This document shows positions 34,344 to 45,539 of a stretch of 45,539 nt of DNA, in pieces. Location of the stretch: positions 1-45,539 of the forward strand of contig JAUCBJ010008592.1 of the NCBI GenBank assembly GCA_032718475.1, read 5' to 3'. Position numbers and translations under genes: made by a program. Origin of the DNA: Nemertoderma westbladi (taxonomy: Eukaryota > Animalia > Xenacoelomorpha). Under the pieces are notes generated by a model, which saw nothing but the letters and a program-made list of their open reading frames with translations, was not told the origin of the DNA and searched no databases. Within the stretch, counting starts at the first letter, position 1; every line of letters starts with the position of its first letter.

Positions 34344-35645
34344 GGTGTTCGGACACTTCCCCCCGGACACTTCCCCCCCGGACAGTTCCCCCCCGCTCAA
34401 GTAGGACACTTCCCCCCCGGACACTTCCCCCCCCAGACACTTCCCCCCCGCGGACACTTCCCCCCCGACTGTTCTTAACTTCGCACATTCGTATTTTTCA
34501 TTTTGTAAGGTAAACGGACCGCTTGTATCCAGATAAGTTGTATCCAATCTTCCTTTCGTAGCTCAGAAAGTGATCTTTACATCCCGATTTTACATTTTAT
34601 ATCCAAGTTTTATTTATGGGTTTTATCAATGCAATTACATCGTATTGTTTGCTAATCTTTAAACAATTAATTATATTAGATGACCTAAAAATTCCATCCC
34701 CGGAATGATATACTGTTTTTATTAACTATAGAATTATAGTAATTAATTGTTTTAATTATAGGTATTATTATGTAATAGTCTTCTTCAAATTGTAGCAGAA
34801 TATTATTGACCCAGAATATTATTGTTGCAATCAAAATTATACCTCTCCAGGGTAAAATCGACATGCGTCGACCTGTATTCTGTGTTCAGCATTACATATT
34901 GATATACATATTACTACTATACATACTATATAGATATTATACACACTACATATTAAATTTCCTGGTTACTTGCAATATTTTTAATAGGATTTTGTTGAAT
35001 TATATAATATTGTAGTAATTTATATATTAAATTGGTTAACATTCAATACAGCTCCTACTTTAGGCTTAGTCAAATTAATATCTGATGAATTAATTATTTC
35101 AAAATAGTCTTAAGTCTTTCACCACGGGCACTCAGGGAAATGCCGGGGTCTTGGGGCGATAACCTCCAAGAAAAGAAGCGGGGGTTTGGGGGCGGCAGCC
35201 CCCAAGAAAAGAAGCGGGGGTCTGGTGGCGATAACCCCCAAGAAAAGAAGCGGGGGTTTGGGGGCGGCAGCCCCCAAGAAAAGAAGCGGGGGTTTGGGGG
35301 CGGTAGCCCCTAAGAAAAGAAGCGGGGGTTTGGGGGCGGCAGCCCCCAATTAAAAGAAATTAAAATAATTAAAGGAATTAAAAGAAAAACAAACAAAATT
35401 TGACTATAAAAATGTTTCTTTTATAATTTTGAAAAAACTTGTCAAGATACAACTTGTCCTGTAACCATCTTTAACTTTTATTTATTGCTTTGATGCACCC
35501 AGATTAATTTTAACACTTTAACTGGGGGGGGAAGTGTCCGGGGGGCAAGTGTCCGGGGGGGAAGTGTCCGGGGGGGAAGTGTCCTACTTGGGCGGGGGGG
35601 AAGTGTCCGGGGGGGAAGTGTCCGGGGGGGAAGTGTCCTAGATCC
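34344..35645. mobile_element. 1.3-kb non-autonomous Mutator/Foldback-like element with 8-bp TSD
   Basis: AATCAATC at 34336-34343 and 35646-35653; inverted arrays of 15-bp CGGACACTTCCCCCC at both ends; GG...CC termini. Confidence 0.88.
35141..35348. repeat. 36-bp GC-rich minisatellite, ~5.5 copies, internal to the Mutator-like element
   Basis: Unit AAGAAAAGAAGCGGGGGTTTGGGGGCGGCAGCCCCC at 35168, 35204, 35240, 35276, 35312. Confidence 0.93.
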
Positions 35646-35693
35646 AATCAATCGCCTCCTGGGGAGAATCGAATGCAAGTAACAGGCGACTAA

Positions 35694-36168
35694 GGCCCGC
35701 TGCACACTACAGATGCATGATAAATTATTTGAAATATACATTAAAAAAGGGACAATTAGGGACAAGAGTGCATCAAATGTACAAATAGACATGCGAGTAT
35801 AATTTGAAATTTATGTGGATCATCTCGCAGTTTATCATATAACTTTGCCATAACGCCAGCCACAGGTCTCTTGTAATTTATTTGATGTATCCAATGCTCT
35901 CGTGAAATGGGTTTACTTTGTTCCCACAACATATGCAGAAGCAGTTTCAATAACTTCATCATCACTGTCATCCATAGAAAATTAAAGAATATGTGTGGTC
36001 AGGAAAAAATATGATTGGAATAAAATTTTAAAGTAATAAATAATAACATAAAAGCTATCAGAATATAAAATAAAATGCGATGCATCTTGCATCTTGCATC
36101 TCTAGTGTACGCCGGGAACGATTTTTGCATCTTGCATCTTGCATTGCATCTCTAGTGTGCGGCGGGCT
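35694..36168 (-). mobile_element. Harbinger internal-deletion derivative retaining the transposase N-terminus
   Basis: TAA TSD both sides; 24-bp TIRs (G/A)GCCCGC(T/C)GCACACTA(C/G)AGATGCA; frameshifted WIHQINYKR..LYDKLRDDPHKF / RMSICTFDALLSLIVP resembles the Harbinger transposase N-terminal motif. Confidence 0.82.
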
Positions 36169-36999
36169 TAACGTAGCATGTAGCATGTGCTATTGACTTT
36201 CGTATTGTTTAGGTTAGAATATAGCATTTCCCTGAAATCGGCTCTATCTCTTAATTGCGATAATTTAACATTGTTAGACAATTTCGCCGAGATGAGATTT
36301 GCATAAAGTCCCCCCCCCCCCCCCCCCCCCCATCTCGCTACGTAAAGCCTGCAAACTTTATGGTTGCTGGATTGTTACTACCTCCTGCAACAATCCCTAA
36401 GCAAATTGATCTTAATTGTAATATGCCTCTGAATTCATAATGCCATTATTGGGCAGCCTTTCTGACAATTTCTCTTTGATTTATGGGGCATTGGCATGCA
36501 AGCTCTTATACTGACCGCCATGCATTTGAAATAAATAACCAGAGTTACTTAGTGTGTTAACTGGGGCAATATGAATAGTAATTGTCGGTCATTGTCATTA
36601 TTTTGCGAAACATAATAAATTAGTGATTTAGATCCATTTGAATCAACATGTAACCTGTGTGTTTTTGTGATAAATTTATCTAAATCTTCTCAATTTCTCT
36701 GGTAAGTTGCAGGATATACAGTAAGAAAGAGCTTCATGTCAAATGAATTAGGTTGTCTATATAGGTTATACTGTAATATAAAGAATATATAGGTTATATA
36801 TTTATTATATTATTATTTATTTATTTAATAAGTCATAGGGAGAAAATAATGAAACAGTTGAAAATAAAATTAGTTTCTAAAAATATCATGTTCTATCAAA
36901 TCAAAACAACCCTGCAGAGAACACATATATTTCACCGCAGGGCACAAGCACTAATGACCTATGGTATACACGTGCTGCCTCAGATATCCAGCTAACTGC

Positions 37000-37635
37000 G
37001 AGCTCCACTGTAGAAAATCACCCCATCCGAAAACATCAACGTGTTAAACTTGAAGTTGCTCTCGAATACAACCCAGCAGTTATTGAAAGCCATCAAAATT
37101 ATCTCGAAAACTCTGTTCAGCTATACTGTATTAGAGGATGAGCTCCAAAAACACCATCTCCCATTTATTAGAAAATAATATCAACGCAGCGGATATAAAT
37201 GATATTATTTCAGCTTCCACGCGTAAACAGAAACAGCCAACATCCCATCATGAAAAGAAGAGGCGAAAAGCGCGGTAAATAAAGCAGAGTGGCAAGGCTT
37301 GTGGTTTCGATGGACTTTTCTATGAACATGTCCAGCAGGCGATTCCGTTTATGATCCCAATCCTGACTTTATTGTTTTATATACTTGTCTTGATATTGGT
37401 GAAATTCCCCGCGTGTGGACGAGCAGTATTTTAAAAGTTTTATATAAAGGAAAAGGGTCTATCTGCGATCCAGGCAACTATACTGTAGGGGTATATGATA
37501 TGTGTACTGTTAAAGGTCTTAACTTCTATGATTAACACTCGCGTTTTGTCTAAAATAAAACATTTGCTACCTCCAGAGCAGTTGGTTTCCTACCTGGGAG
37601 ATCAACTTCTCTGGCAATCAGAATACTTATTACGT
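37000..37635 (+). pseudogene. Degraded LINE reverse transcriptase fragment of a different family (left end approximate)
   Basis: Remnants IPRVWTSSILKVLYKGKGSICDPGNY[+5 bp]RGI, KVLTSMINTRV, LPPEQ/GFLPGRST. Confidence 0.75.
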
Positions 37636-40599
37636 TCATAAACTCAAATATAAAAATATCATGTTGGAGATACAGGAAGGAGGTACTTTTGCAAGTTATA
37701 AAGGATTGTTATAAAATGTTATTAAATTTTGAAAAATGTGGGGGGGAACTGCAAAAGTACCCCAGGAAGGATCAACTAAGTTAGGCCCGATTGCCGGTGA
37801 ACATAAAGAACGTACTCAATTGAGTTTGGAATCCTGACAGAACTCATTTCATTAGAACCATTAAGATGAATGAAGTCATCTCTGGAATTGACTACCAGTC
37901 TATTGCAATATAATCCTGATTTTTATGACTTAAAGTTGCAATGATTATGTGTGAATCGGGGCAAGTCAGTCATAGTCATCATTGATAGTTGAAAGTAGAA
38001 AGTTCATGTGTGACTCGGGTCTACATCTAGGCGCATGGCAACTCTACAATTACAATTATTGAACCCAATTATTGTTTTGATTAGAAAGGGGAGCAGTTTA
38101 CAACTTGCCCGTTCTCCTTCACTTTGCAGATATACACATTATGTATAATTAAGTTAATCCTCCTTTTTCTCAAATAATTATTTTGTCCATACGAAGATAA
38201 CTAATAAAATGTCGGTGAGTTAATCAATGATGGTTACATATATTCCGTTGGCGTGCTATGGCAGATGTTTCATTGCAGTTTTATCCTTTTATTATTAAGA
38301 AACTCTTTGGAGAACCTTTAATTGCCTCCGCGGGAGAGATAGCGGTCAACTCTTCGCCGCGATAATAATTACTTGCTTTTTCGCTTGACAACTCACCGTT
38401 TGCCGCCATGTGCTTTCTCCTTTTATCAATTTCATTAAGTGCGGTTTCCTGCTGGTCAATTAGTGTGAGTTGATTTCGCCATTGTCTGGAGAAAGCTCCA
38501 AAGATTACTAATGGATGAACCAGCTAGTTTGCCATTTCAAAATCTTTTACGAAATTGAATTTATGGAAATGTCGTTCGTAAATACATCTAGACGTAGACA
38601 GTTACGACCACGCAGGTCGAATAGTTTTGCATATAATTTGTCTTATTGCGGTCGAGGCACAATGTCGACGGAGCCTTAGAAAACTCACACAAATATTTGC
38701 AAATATTAGTCATTCTCGTTAACGTTATCGTTATTATTGTCGTCGTTAGATTTTTGACATAACATTGTTATTATACATTTATTATAAGAACTGTTTTATT
38801 GGTTTTAACCTCGAATGATAAGTATATTTTATTTTTGACGTAAATTCTTTCTCAGCGACTTAATATCTCGTCTTACCGAATTAACTTTGACTTTTGGCGG
38901 ATTAATTTTAATTATCAATTAAAGGAAATAAACAGGTTATATAGTGAAAGTGGTTAGTGTTATTCTGAAGATAGAAAGTTGATAGCTCATTTATTTTTTG
39001 GGAAAAATCAACTGTTATTTGCGTCAAATTCCCTTGGAGAAGATCAATTTTTTTGTTATATTTCACTTTGCAGTTTATCCTTTGAAAAATACCAGGTTTT
39101 CACTAAAAAAACGGGTTACAGAGAAGAGCTGAATCTAACCAAAACATTAAACGAATTAGGCATACTCTCTTCATTACTGCATTGGTATATGATAGAAATA
39201 AGCGATATAAAAATTTAAAAATGATAAATATAAAAAAATACAAATTCTTTATATAAAATAATAAAATTAATTTCGACTGAAATGAGAAAATCTGATGTCA
39301 GAATTCTTCACATGATGGGTCTCCAATGTTAATTGCGTCGAGAATCCCTTCCTATCTATTAACTTAATTGTAATAATTCACAATCTCCATATTTTTTGTT
39401 TTATTTTTCGGTTGTCTAAAAGTCTAAAATTGGAAAAAATAATGATTGTCTGTCATTCCAATATTAGTTTCAGTTTATTTTAATGCTGAACGCAAGGACC
39501 ACAAGATCTAATCAGACGACCAAAAATATACTTAAACAACATTATATCAGGGTCTCTTTTATCAAAGTAAGATATCACTGGATTGCGAGACAGTCCGAAT
39601 TATCAGATCAAGATACAATAGCTGTAACAAACAACATCATTAGAGGTTGCATCATGGATGGGTTGGATTCAATAGATTGTAGTTATGCAGGTTTTTATAA
39701 TTGGTTCCAGCAGTGAACAAGATAACAATAGGGGCGGTCCTAGTTCTTCTCTACAGAATAAATTATACCTTACTATAATAAAATCTAGTTAATTAAGACT
39801 GTATAGATACTGTATAGATAACTTTCAATACTTTCATTGCGGTGAAAGGAGCAGTAGTGGGAGGCAGAACTTCTTTCTAAATGACGTCTTCATTCAGTCA
39901 TATTTGATATTATTTTCTTGAATATGGACTGGCCATATTATTCAAATTGCAATTGTTTACGTAAACAATGATATAGCCTACATAAATCTATTCATATTTC
40001 TGCGCAATCAAAAGCTAGAGAAAATAAGAGGCCAAAGATAGATAAGAAAAATACATTTGAAAAGAATAAAAGTAACAGACAAAGACTAATTGCTGAATTG
40101 ATGTTAGGATGATCAGTGTCTCGCTCGAAATTATCTAAAATTATCCTTCAGTATAGCAAATATAAACGGGACAGTAGGATGATTAAAATTACAAAAATAC
40201 GTTTTTTTGGAATATTTCTAATCTCTTACTTCTTACATAGACCGGTAATGATACAGATGATCCTATCGCTTTTTTCATATTTCCCGCCACCCCACACTGA
40301 GAAATGTATTATTGGTTTTTGTCAATGTCTGTTAAGTTTGGAATTGTATATAGTAGAGTAAGAGTAAATATAATTGTAAGTAAGCGCCACTTATCAAAGG
40401 GGTTAACATTTTTAATGTCGATTTTATTACTGGTAAAAGAAATTATTATAAAAAAATTGTTCAATGAAAGGGAATACTGTATATATATATATATAATATA
40501 ATACCAGCAAGTAAGTAAAAGAGTTTGGACGGGCGCTATATTTACGAGACGGCGGGGGGGGGGGGGGGGGGGGGGGGAACGGACGCAAATCCCATCTTG

Positions 40600-42490
40600 G
40601 CGATCTTGGCAGTTCCTGTATACACTCGTAACAGGAAAAGGGCCCCCAGGACTGACAACAAAATTCAGAAGTGCCGGAATGACCTCTATAAGGCGCAGAA
40701 AGAGTCGCGACTCCAACAGACTACAGCGGCCAAGAATGCAGTTAAGGCTGCATCTAGGTCCCTGAACAGGCAGTGGTTGATGCCATCAATGATGCTGATG
40801 ACAGCAGGCAATCATCCCAGACATGGAAATCGATCAACTTGCTTGCTGGTCGAAAAAGCCAACCAACCACCAAGGCTAAGGCTGAATCACCAGCCGATCG
40901 CCTCAATGGTTGGAAGGCCCACTTTGAAAAGCTCCTCAATAATGACAGGGTATTGCCTGATAACTTTATAGAAGTAAAAGTGTCTGAGTCTGTACTCCCA
41001 GATATTCCCATTGGCGATATCTCCTTTGCAGAAGGGAAGCCTGCTGCAAAGAGCATAAAGACCAATCGTGCCAGTGGAGTAGATGGTGTTCCCCTTGAGG
41101 TCTTTAAAATACCTCAATGTTTAAAGCTCATCTATCCCATCATAGTAGAAATGTACAGAACAACAAGAGTCCCACAAGAAATGAAAACAAATAAGTTGGT
41201 GCAGTTCCCAAGAAGGGCAACCTAACACTATATGGTTATTTTCGATGGAATCTTATTGATCTCGATTGATGCATAGCTATACAATAGAATTCTATTAAAT
41301 CGCATCAGCGATCCCATTGAGAGACTGCTACGTGGAAATCAGAATGGGTTCCGTAAAGGTCGTGGGACCATGGAGCCCATTTTGGCACTTAGAAGGATAA
41401 TTGTATAGTTATCAGAAAAGAAAGACAGGCATCTGGCTGTTATCTTTGTTGAATTCGTCAAGGCGTTTGATTCAGTCTCTCGCTCACGTATGTTCAGCAT
41501 ACTTTCATTATATGGGATTCCTGATGAAATTATTGCAGCAATCAGATCAGTATACAATGGTTCGACAACATTTGTGTCTACTGTTGACCGTGACACAGAA
41601 CCATTTGAAGTGTTATGGGGAGTCTTCCAGGGAGACACACTTGCACCATTGTTGTTCATAATTGTGGTTGACTATGTTCTACGCATGTGCTTAGATCATC
41701 ATAATGATGATGGGGTGATGATAACTCCACCTACTGGCTCCAGAAGTCGAGGAAATCCTGCCAAGTACCTAACTGATCTAGACTTTGCTGATGACTTAGG
41801 AGTACTCTCAGAATCACTAAATGGAGCAAGCTCCTTAGAACAGGCTGCTTCTAGTGTTGGTCTTTTTATTAACTCCAAAAAGACCGAAATTTTGACAGTT
41901 AACTTTGAAAGTCCTCAGCAAGTCTCTGACCGGATGAGCATAAGCTCAAAGGATGGTATGCTTGAGCATGTGGACGACTTCTGTTACCTGGGATCATGGA
42001 TCCGCAAGTCAGGTGAGGACCTTCGGATACGTAAGGGAAAGGCATGGGCAGCCTTGAATAGGCTTTCCAGGATTTGGAAGTCACCGAGAATTAATCGGAA
42101 ACTTAAGGTCCGATTATTTAGAGCAGCGGTAGTTCCGGTATATATACTATATATTCTATACTATATATAATTGTATGCCATTGGAGGTATCTCATTGGTT
42201 CCCCCATGCTTGAAACTAGAACAAAGCCGCATCCGCATTGCAGGATTTGATTGCTTTCGCCGTGAGGACCAGCCAGTGCATAATCTTGTGCTATGGCAGC
42301 CTCATGGAGTGAATAAGCATGGTGGACAGCCCATGGCTTTCTTGAGACGCATCTTAAAGGACACTGGCCTTGAAGATGCGGATGATCTAGCAAATGTCAT
42401 GGGTGATAGGGAGTTGTGGCGGCGCAATTTTGTCGTCAAACCTGCATTGCATTCTTAAAAATGCAGCTGCAATGCATCATGCCGATCCTA
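40600..42490 (+). mobile_element. 5'-truncated, decayed RTE LINE related to the 10993-14182 element (distinct subfamily)
   Basis: WKAHFEKLLNND, IPIGDISF, QNGFRKGRGT, GVFQGDTLAPLLF, DLDFADD, FCYLGSWIRKS, HNLVLWQP..GGQPM; several frameshifts, stops and a TA-rich interruption at ~42139-42172. Confidence 0.92.
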
Positions 42491-43432
42491 GTAGTAGCAG
42501 TCGTATTAACTATTAGAGAATTCCAGAACGTTGGATTTAACCATAATTCGTTGTCATTCGTTGTCTTCAGAGTTTCAAATTTTCTCATCTGTTTGTCTTG
42601 TACTTTACAATATTTTCTATCATGACAAGACTTTAGTAGATTCTGTATCAACTGGTTATCGCCTTGGTCGACAATCGTAGATATTTCTTTAGTGAGACAT
42701 GTTTATAGAGTGGTTCAGGTTGGGTTTGTGGTTCAGTCCTTTCCTTCAGTATTCCAGTAAGCCAGGAACTCGAATACTAACTAATTGGTTCTGACTCAGA
42801 AAGAATGGTTTGAGGATATCAGAAATTAAACTAAAATCGATCATAGGCCTTCAAGGCTTCTCAGATAAACGAGACGAAAATCTCTTACGATAAAATGGAG
42901 GAAGCTAACACCGAAGAAGGTGCAACAGCAGAAATGAAAATAAACAATCACAACATCCTTAGTCACCCTGGCAGTAGTGACACAAATATAGAAAAAACAA
43001 TCCATGTTTTATAAAGTCACCCATTCTGACAGCTGAAATCTACGCATAAAATTGATAAATTACTGTATCTATAAGCAGCAATTAGATATCCAATAACTCA
43101 GAAGAAAAAAGAAAGAAAAAATGGAATATTCAGAGAAGAAGTATATTGACCAAGATGTGCTGAATAACTATTATTTAGTAGACATTTACATTATGGGCGG
43201 AAAGGAGAGCGGACATGTAGGTTACATTAAATTAACCAATTACCCCAATATATTTAAATGTCTGGTCACTCACTGCCAGTCGAAACAGCTATGTGGATAA
43301 GGAAGGAAAATAAGCATAGCCATATGAAACGGAAATATCAGGTCTAACCAAAAAGGTATAATTCTTACGGAATCCCATAACGGCCACATTACCACAAAGA
43401 AAATACAGCATTAACTCTATGGGAGCTTAATC

Positions 43433-45243
43433 TGCCGTAGTAAATGTGCCGTGGTCTACCGCAACATTTAGAATGTGCCGTGGTAAATGTGCCGTGGTCT
43501 ACCGCAACATTTAGAATGTGCCGTAGTAAATGTGCCGTGGTCTACCGCAACATTTAGAATGTGCCGTAGTAAATGTGCCGTGGTCTACCGCAACATTTAG
43601 AATGTGCCGTAGTAAATTTGCCGCGGTCTACCGCAACATTTAGAATGTGCCGTGGTAAATGTGCCGTGGTCTACCGCAGCATTTAGAATGTACCGTGCTA
43701 AATGTGCCGTGGTCTACCGCAACATTTAGAATGTGCCGTGGTAAATGTGCCTTGGTCTACCGCAACATTTAGAATGTGCCGTGGTAAATGTGCCTTGGTC
43801 TACCGCAACATTTAGAAAGTGCCGTAGTAAATGTGCCGTGGTCTACCGCAACATTTAGAATGTACCGTGCTAAAAGTGCCGTGGTCTACCGCAACATTTG
43901 TGCCTAGTAAATGTGCCGTGGTCTACCGCAGCATTTAGAAGTGCCGTAGTAAATTGCCGTGGTCTACCGCAACATTTAGAATAGTGCCGTGCTAAATGTG
44001 CCAGTGGTCTACCGCAACATTTAGAATGTGCCGTAGTAAATGTGCCGTGGTCTACCGCAACATTTAGAATGTACCGTGGTAAATGTGCCGTGGTCTACCG
44101 CAACATTTAGAATGAGCCGTGTTAAATTTGCCGCGGTCTACCGCAACATTTAGAATGTGCGGTGGTAAATGTGCCGTGGTCTACCGCAACATTTAGAATG
44201 TGCCGGGGTAAATGTGCCGTGGTCTACCGCAACATTTAGAATGTGCCGTGAGTAAATGTGCCGTGGTCTACCGCAACATTTAGAATGTGCCGTGGTCTAC
44301 CGCAACAGTTAGAATGTGCCGTGGTCTACCGCAACATTTAGAATGTGCCGTAGTAAATGTGCCGTGGTCTACCGCAACATTTAGAATGTGCCGTAGTAAA
44401 TGTGCCGCGGTCTACCGCAACATTTAGAATGTGCCGTGCTAAATGTGCCGTGGTCTACCGCAACATTTAGAATGTGCTGTAGTAAATGTGCCGTGGTCTA
44501 CCGCAACATTTAGAATGTGCCGTAGTAAATGTGCCGTGGTCTACCGCAACATTTAGAATGTGCCGTGTAAATTTGCCGTGGTCTACCACAACATTTAGAA
44601 TGTGCCGTGGTAAATGTGCCGTGGTCTACCGCAACATTTAGAATGTGCCGTGCTAAATGTGCCGTGGTCTACCGCAACATTTAGAATGTGCCGTGGTAAA
44701 TGTGCCGTGGTCTACCGCAACATTTAGAATGTGCCGTGGTAAATGTGCCGTGGTCTACCGCAACATTTAGAATGTGCCGTGGTCTACCGCAACATTTAGA
44801 ATGTGCCGTGGTCTACCGCAACATTTAGAATGTACCGTGCTAAATGTGCCGTGGTCTACCGCAACATTTAGAATGTGCCGTAGTAAATGTGCCGTGGTCT
44901 ACCGCAACATTTAGAATGTGCCGTGTAAATGTGCCGTGGTCTACCGCAACATTTAGAAAGTGCCGTAGTAAATTGCCGTGGTCTACCGCAACATTTAGAA
45001 TGTGCCGTGAGTAAATGTGCCGTGGTCTACCGCAACATTTAGAATGTGCCGTAGTAAATGTGCCGTGGTCTACCGCAACATTTAGAAAGTGCCGTAGTAA
45101 ATGTGCCGTGGTCTACCGCAACATTTAGAATAGTGCCGTAGTAAATGTGCCGTGGTCTACCGCAACATTTAGAATGTGCCGTGGTAAATGTGCCGTGGTC
45201 TACCGCAACATTTAGAATGTGCCGTGGTCTACCGCAACATTAC
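43433..45243. repeat. 43-bp satellite, ~42 copies, built from 14-bp and 29-bp related subunits
   Basis: AATGTGCCGTAGTA + AATGTGCCGTGGTCTACCGCAACATTTAG; some units lack the 14-mer. Confidence 0.98.
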
Positions 45244-45412
45244 TGCAATTACAGTGACGTCGGTGAAGTCCAAGGGAAGATAATCGCTGGCGAAAAGTTC
45301 TTTCACTGACAGAAAAACCGTATTGCGAAAGCAATACTGTTTTAATTTGTTTATGGTTATATCCTGACCGGTAAATGGAACTGATGACAATCTTAAGATC
45401 CTCTTCATCCAT
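45212..45412 (-). pseudogene. N-terminal HTH fragment of an integrase-core DDE transposase (IS3EU-like), truncated in the satellite
   Basis: IYRSGYNHKQIKTVLLSQYGFSVSERTFRQRLSSLGLHRR fits the G-Y..EI..L...G..S.RTL.RRL..LGL.RR pattern recalled from animal integrase-domain transposases; recognition by eye only. Confidence 0.55.
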
Positions 45413-45539
45413 TATTATTATTATGCCGACCGACCGGTAGTTGACTACATAGTAACATAGTAATACAGTAGGCCTAATATCCTGTACTAAGAGACTGAGA
45501 CCTAGCTAGGCCTAAGGTAACTGATACTGAAAGTATCGC

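Noticed and set aside
34238-35792. Pro/Gly-rich ORFs (RTLPP, APKPPLLFLG)
   Set aside because: Translations of transposon subterminal and internal repeats.
37780-38560. Coding-like minus-strand sequence with a possible GTGAG donor near 38395
   Set aside because: No sustained frame or recognisable domain; cannot separate exon from decayed element.
43433-45243. CRISPR-like 29-bp repeat with 14-bp spacer
   Set aside because: The 14-mers are near-identical and homologous to the 29-mer; it is a satellite.

Overview
AT-rich animal (probably invertebrate) nuclear DNA dominated by transposons and tandem repeats; no prokaryotic features, RNA genes or CRISPR arrays were seen. Bases 1-~7.7 kb (minus strand) hold a two-ORF APE-type LINE. 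Its 1888-aa ORF1 combines an in-frame 36-bp x ~64 Ser/Thr/Pro VNTR, a Ulp1/SENP-like (C48) cysteine-protease domain, a coiled coil and a C-terminal RRM-like domain; ORF2 (AP endonuclease) is open to the window edge and is missing from the ORF track. Further right are a 15-bp satellite split by a near full-length RTE LINE, two more RTE copies, 22-, 46- and 43-bp tandem arrays, a tandem duplication of a TMEM200-like coding exon, an intronless tandem-SH2 gene with no catalytic domain, and several TIR elements with visible target-site duplications. TA-CAG/CTG-TA Tc1/mariner-type excision footprints recur: two disrupt LINE reading frames and one appears to have been amplified inside the 15-bp satellite. 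Family assignments come from motif recognition by eye; no database searches were run.
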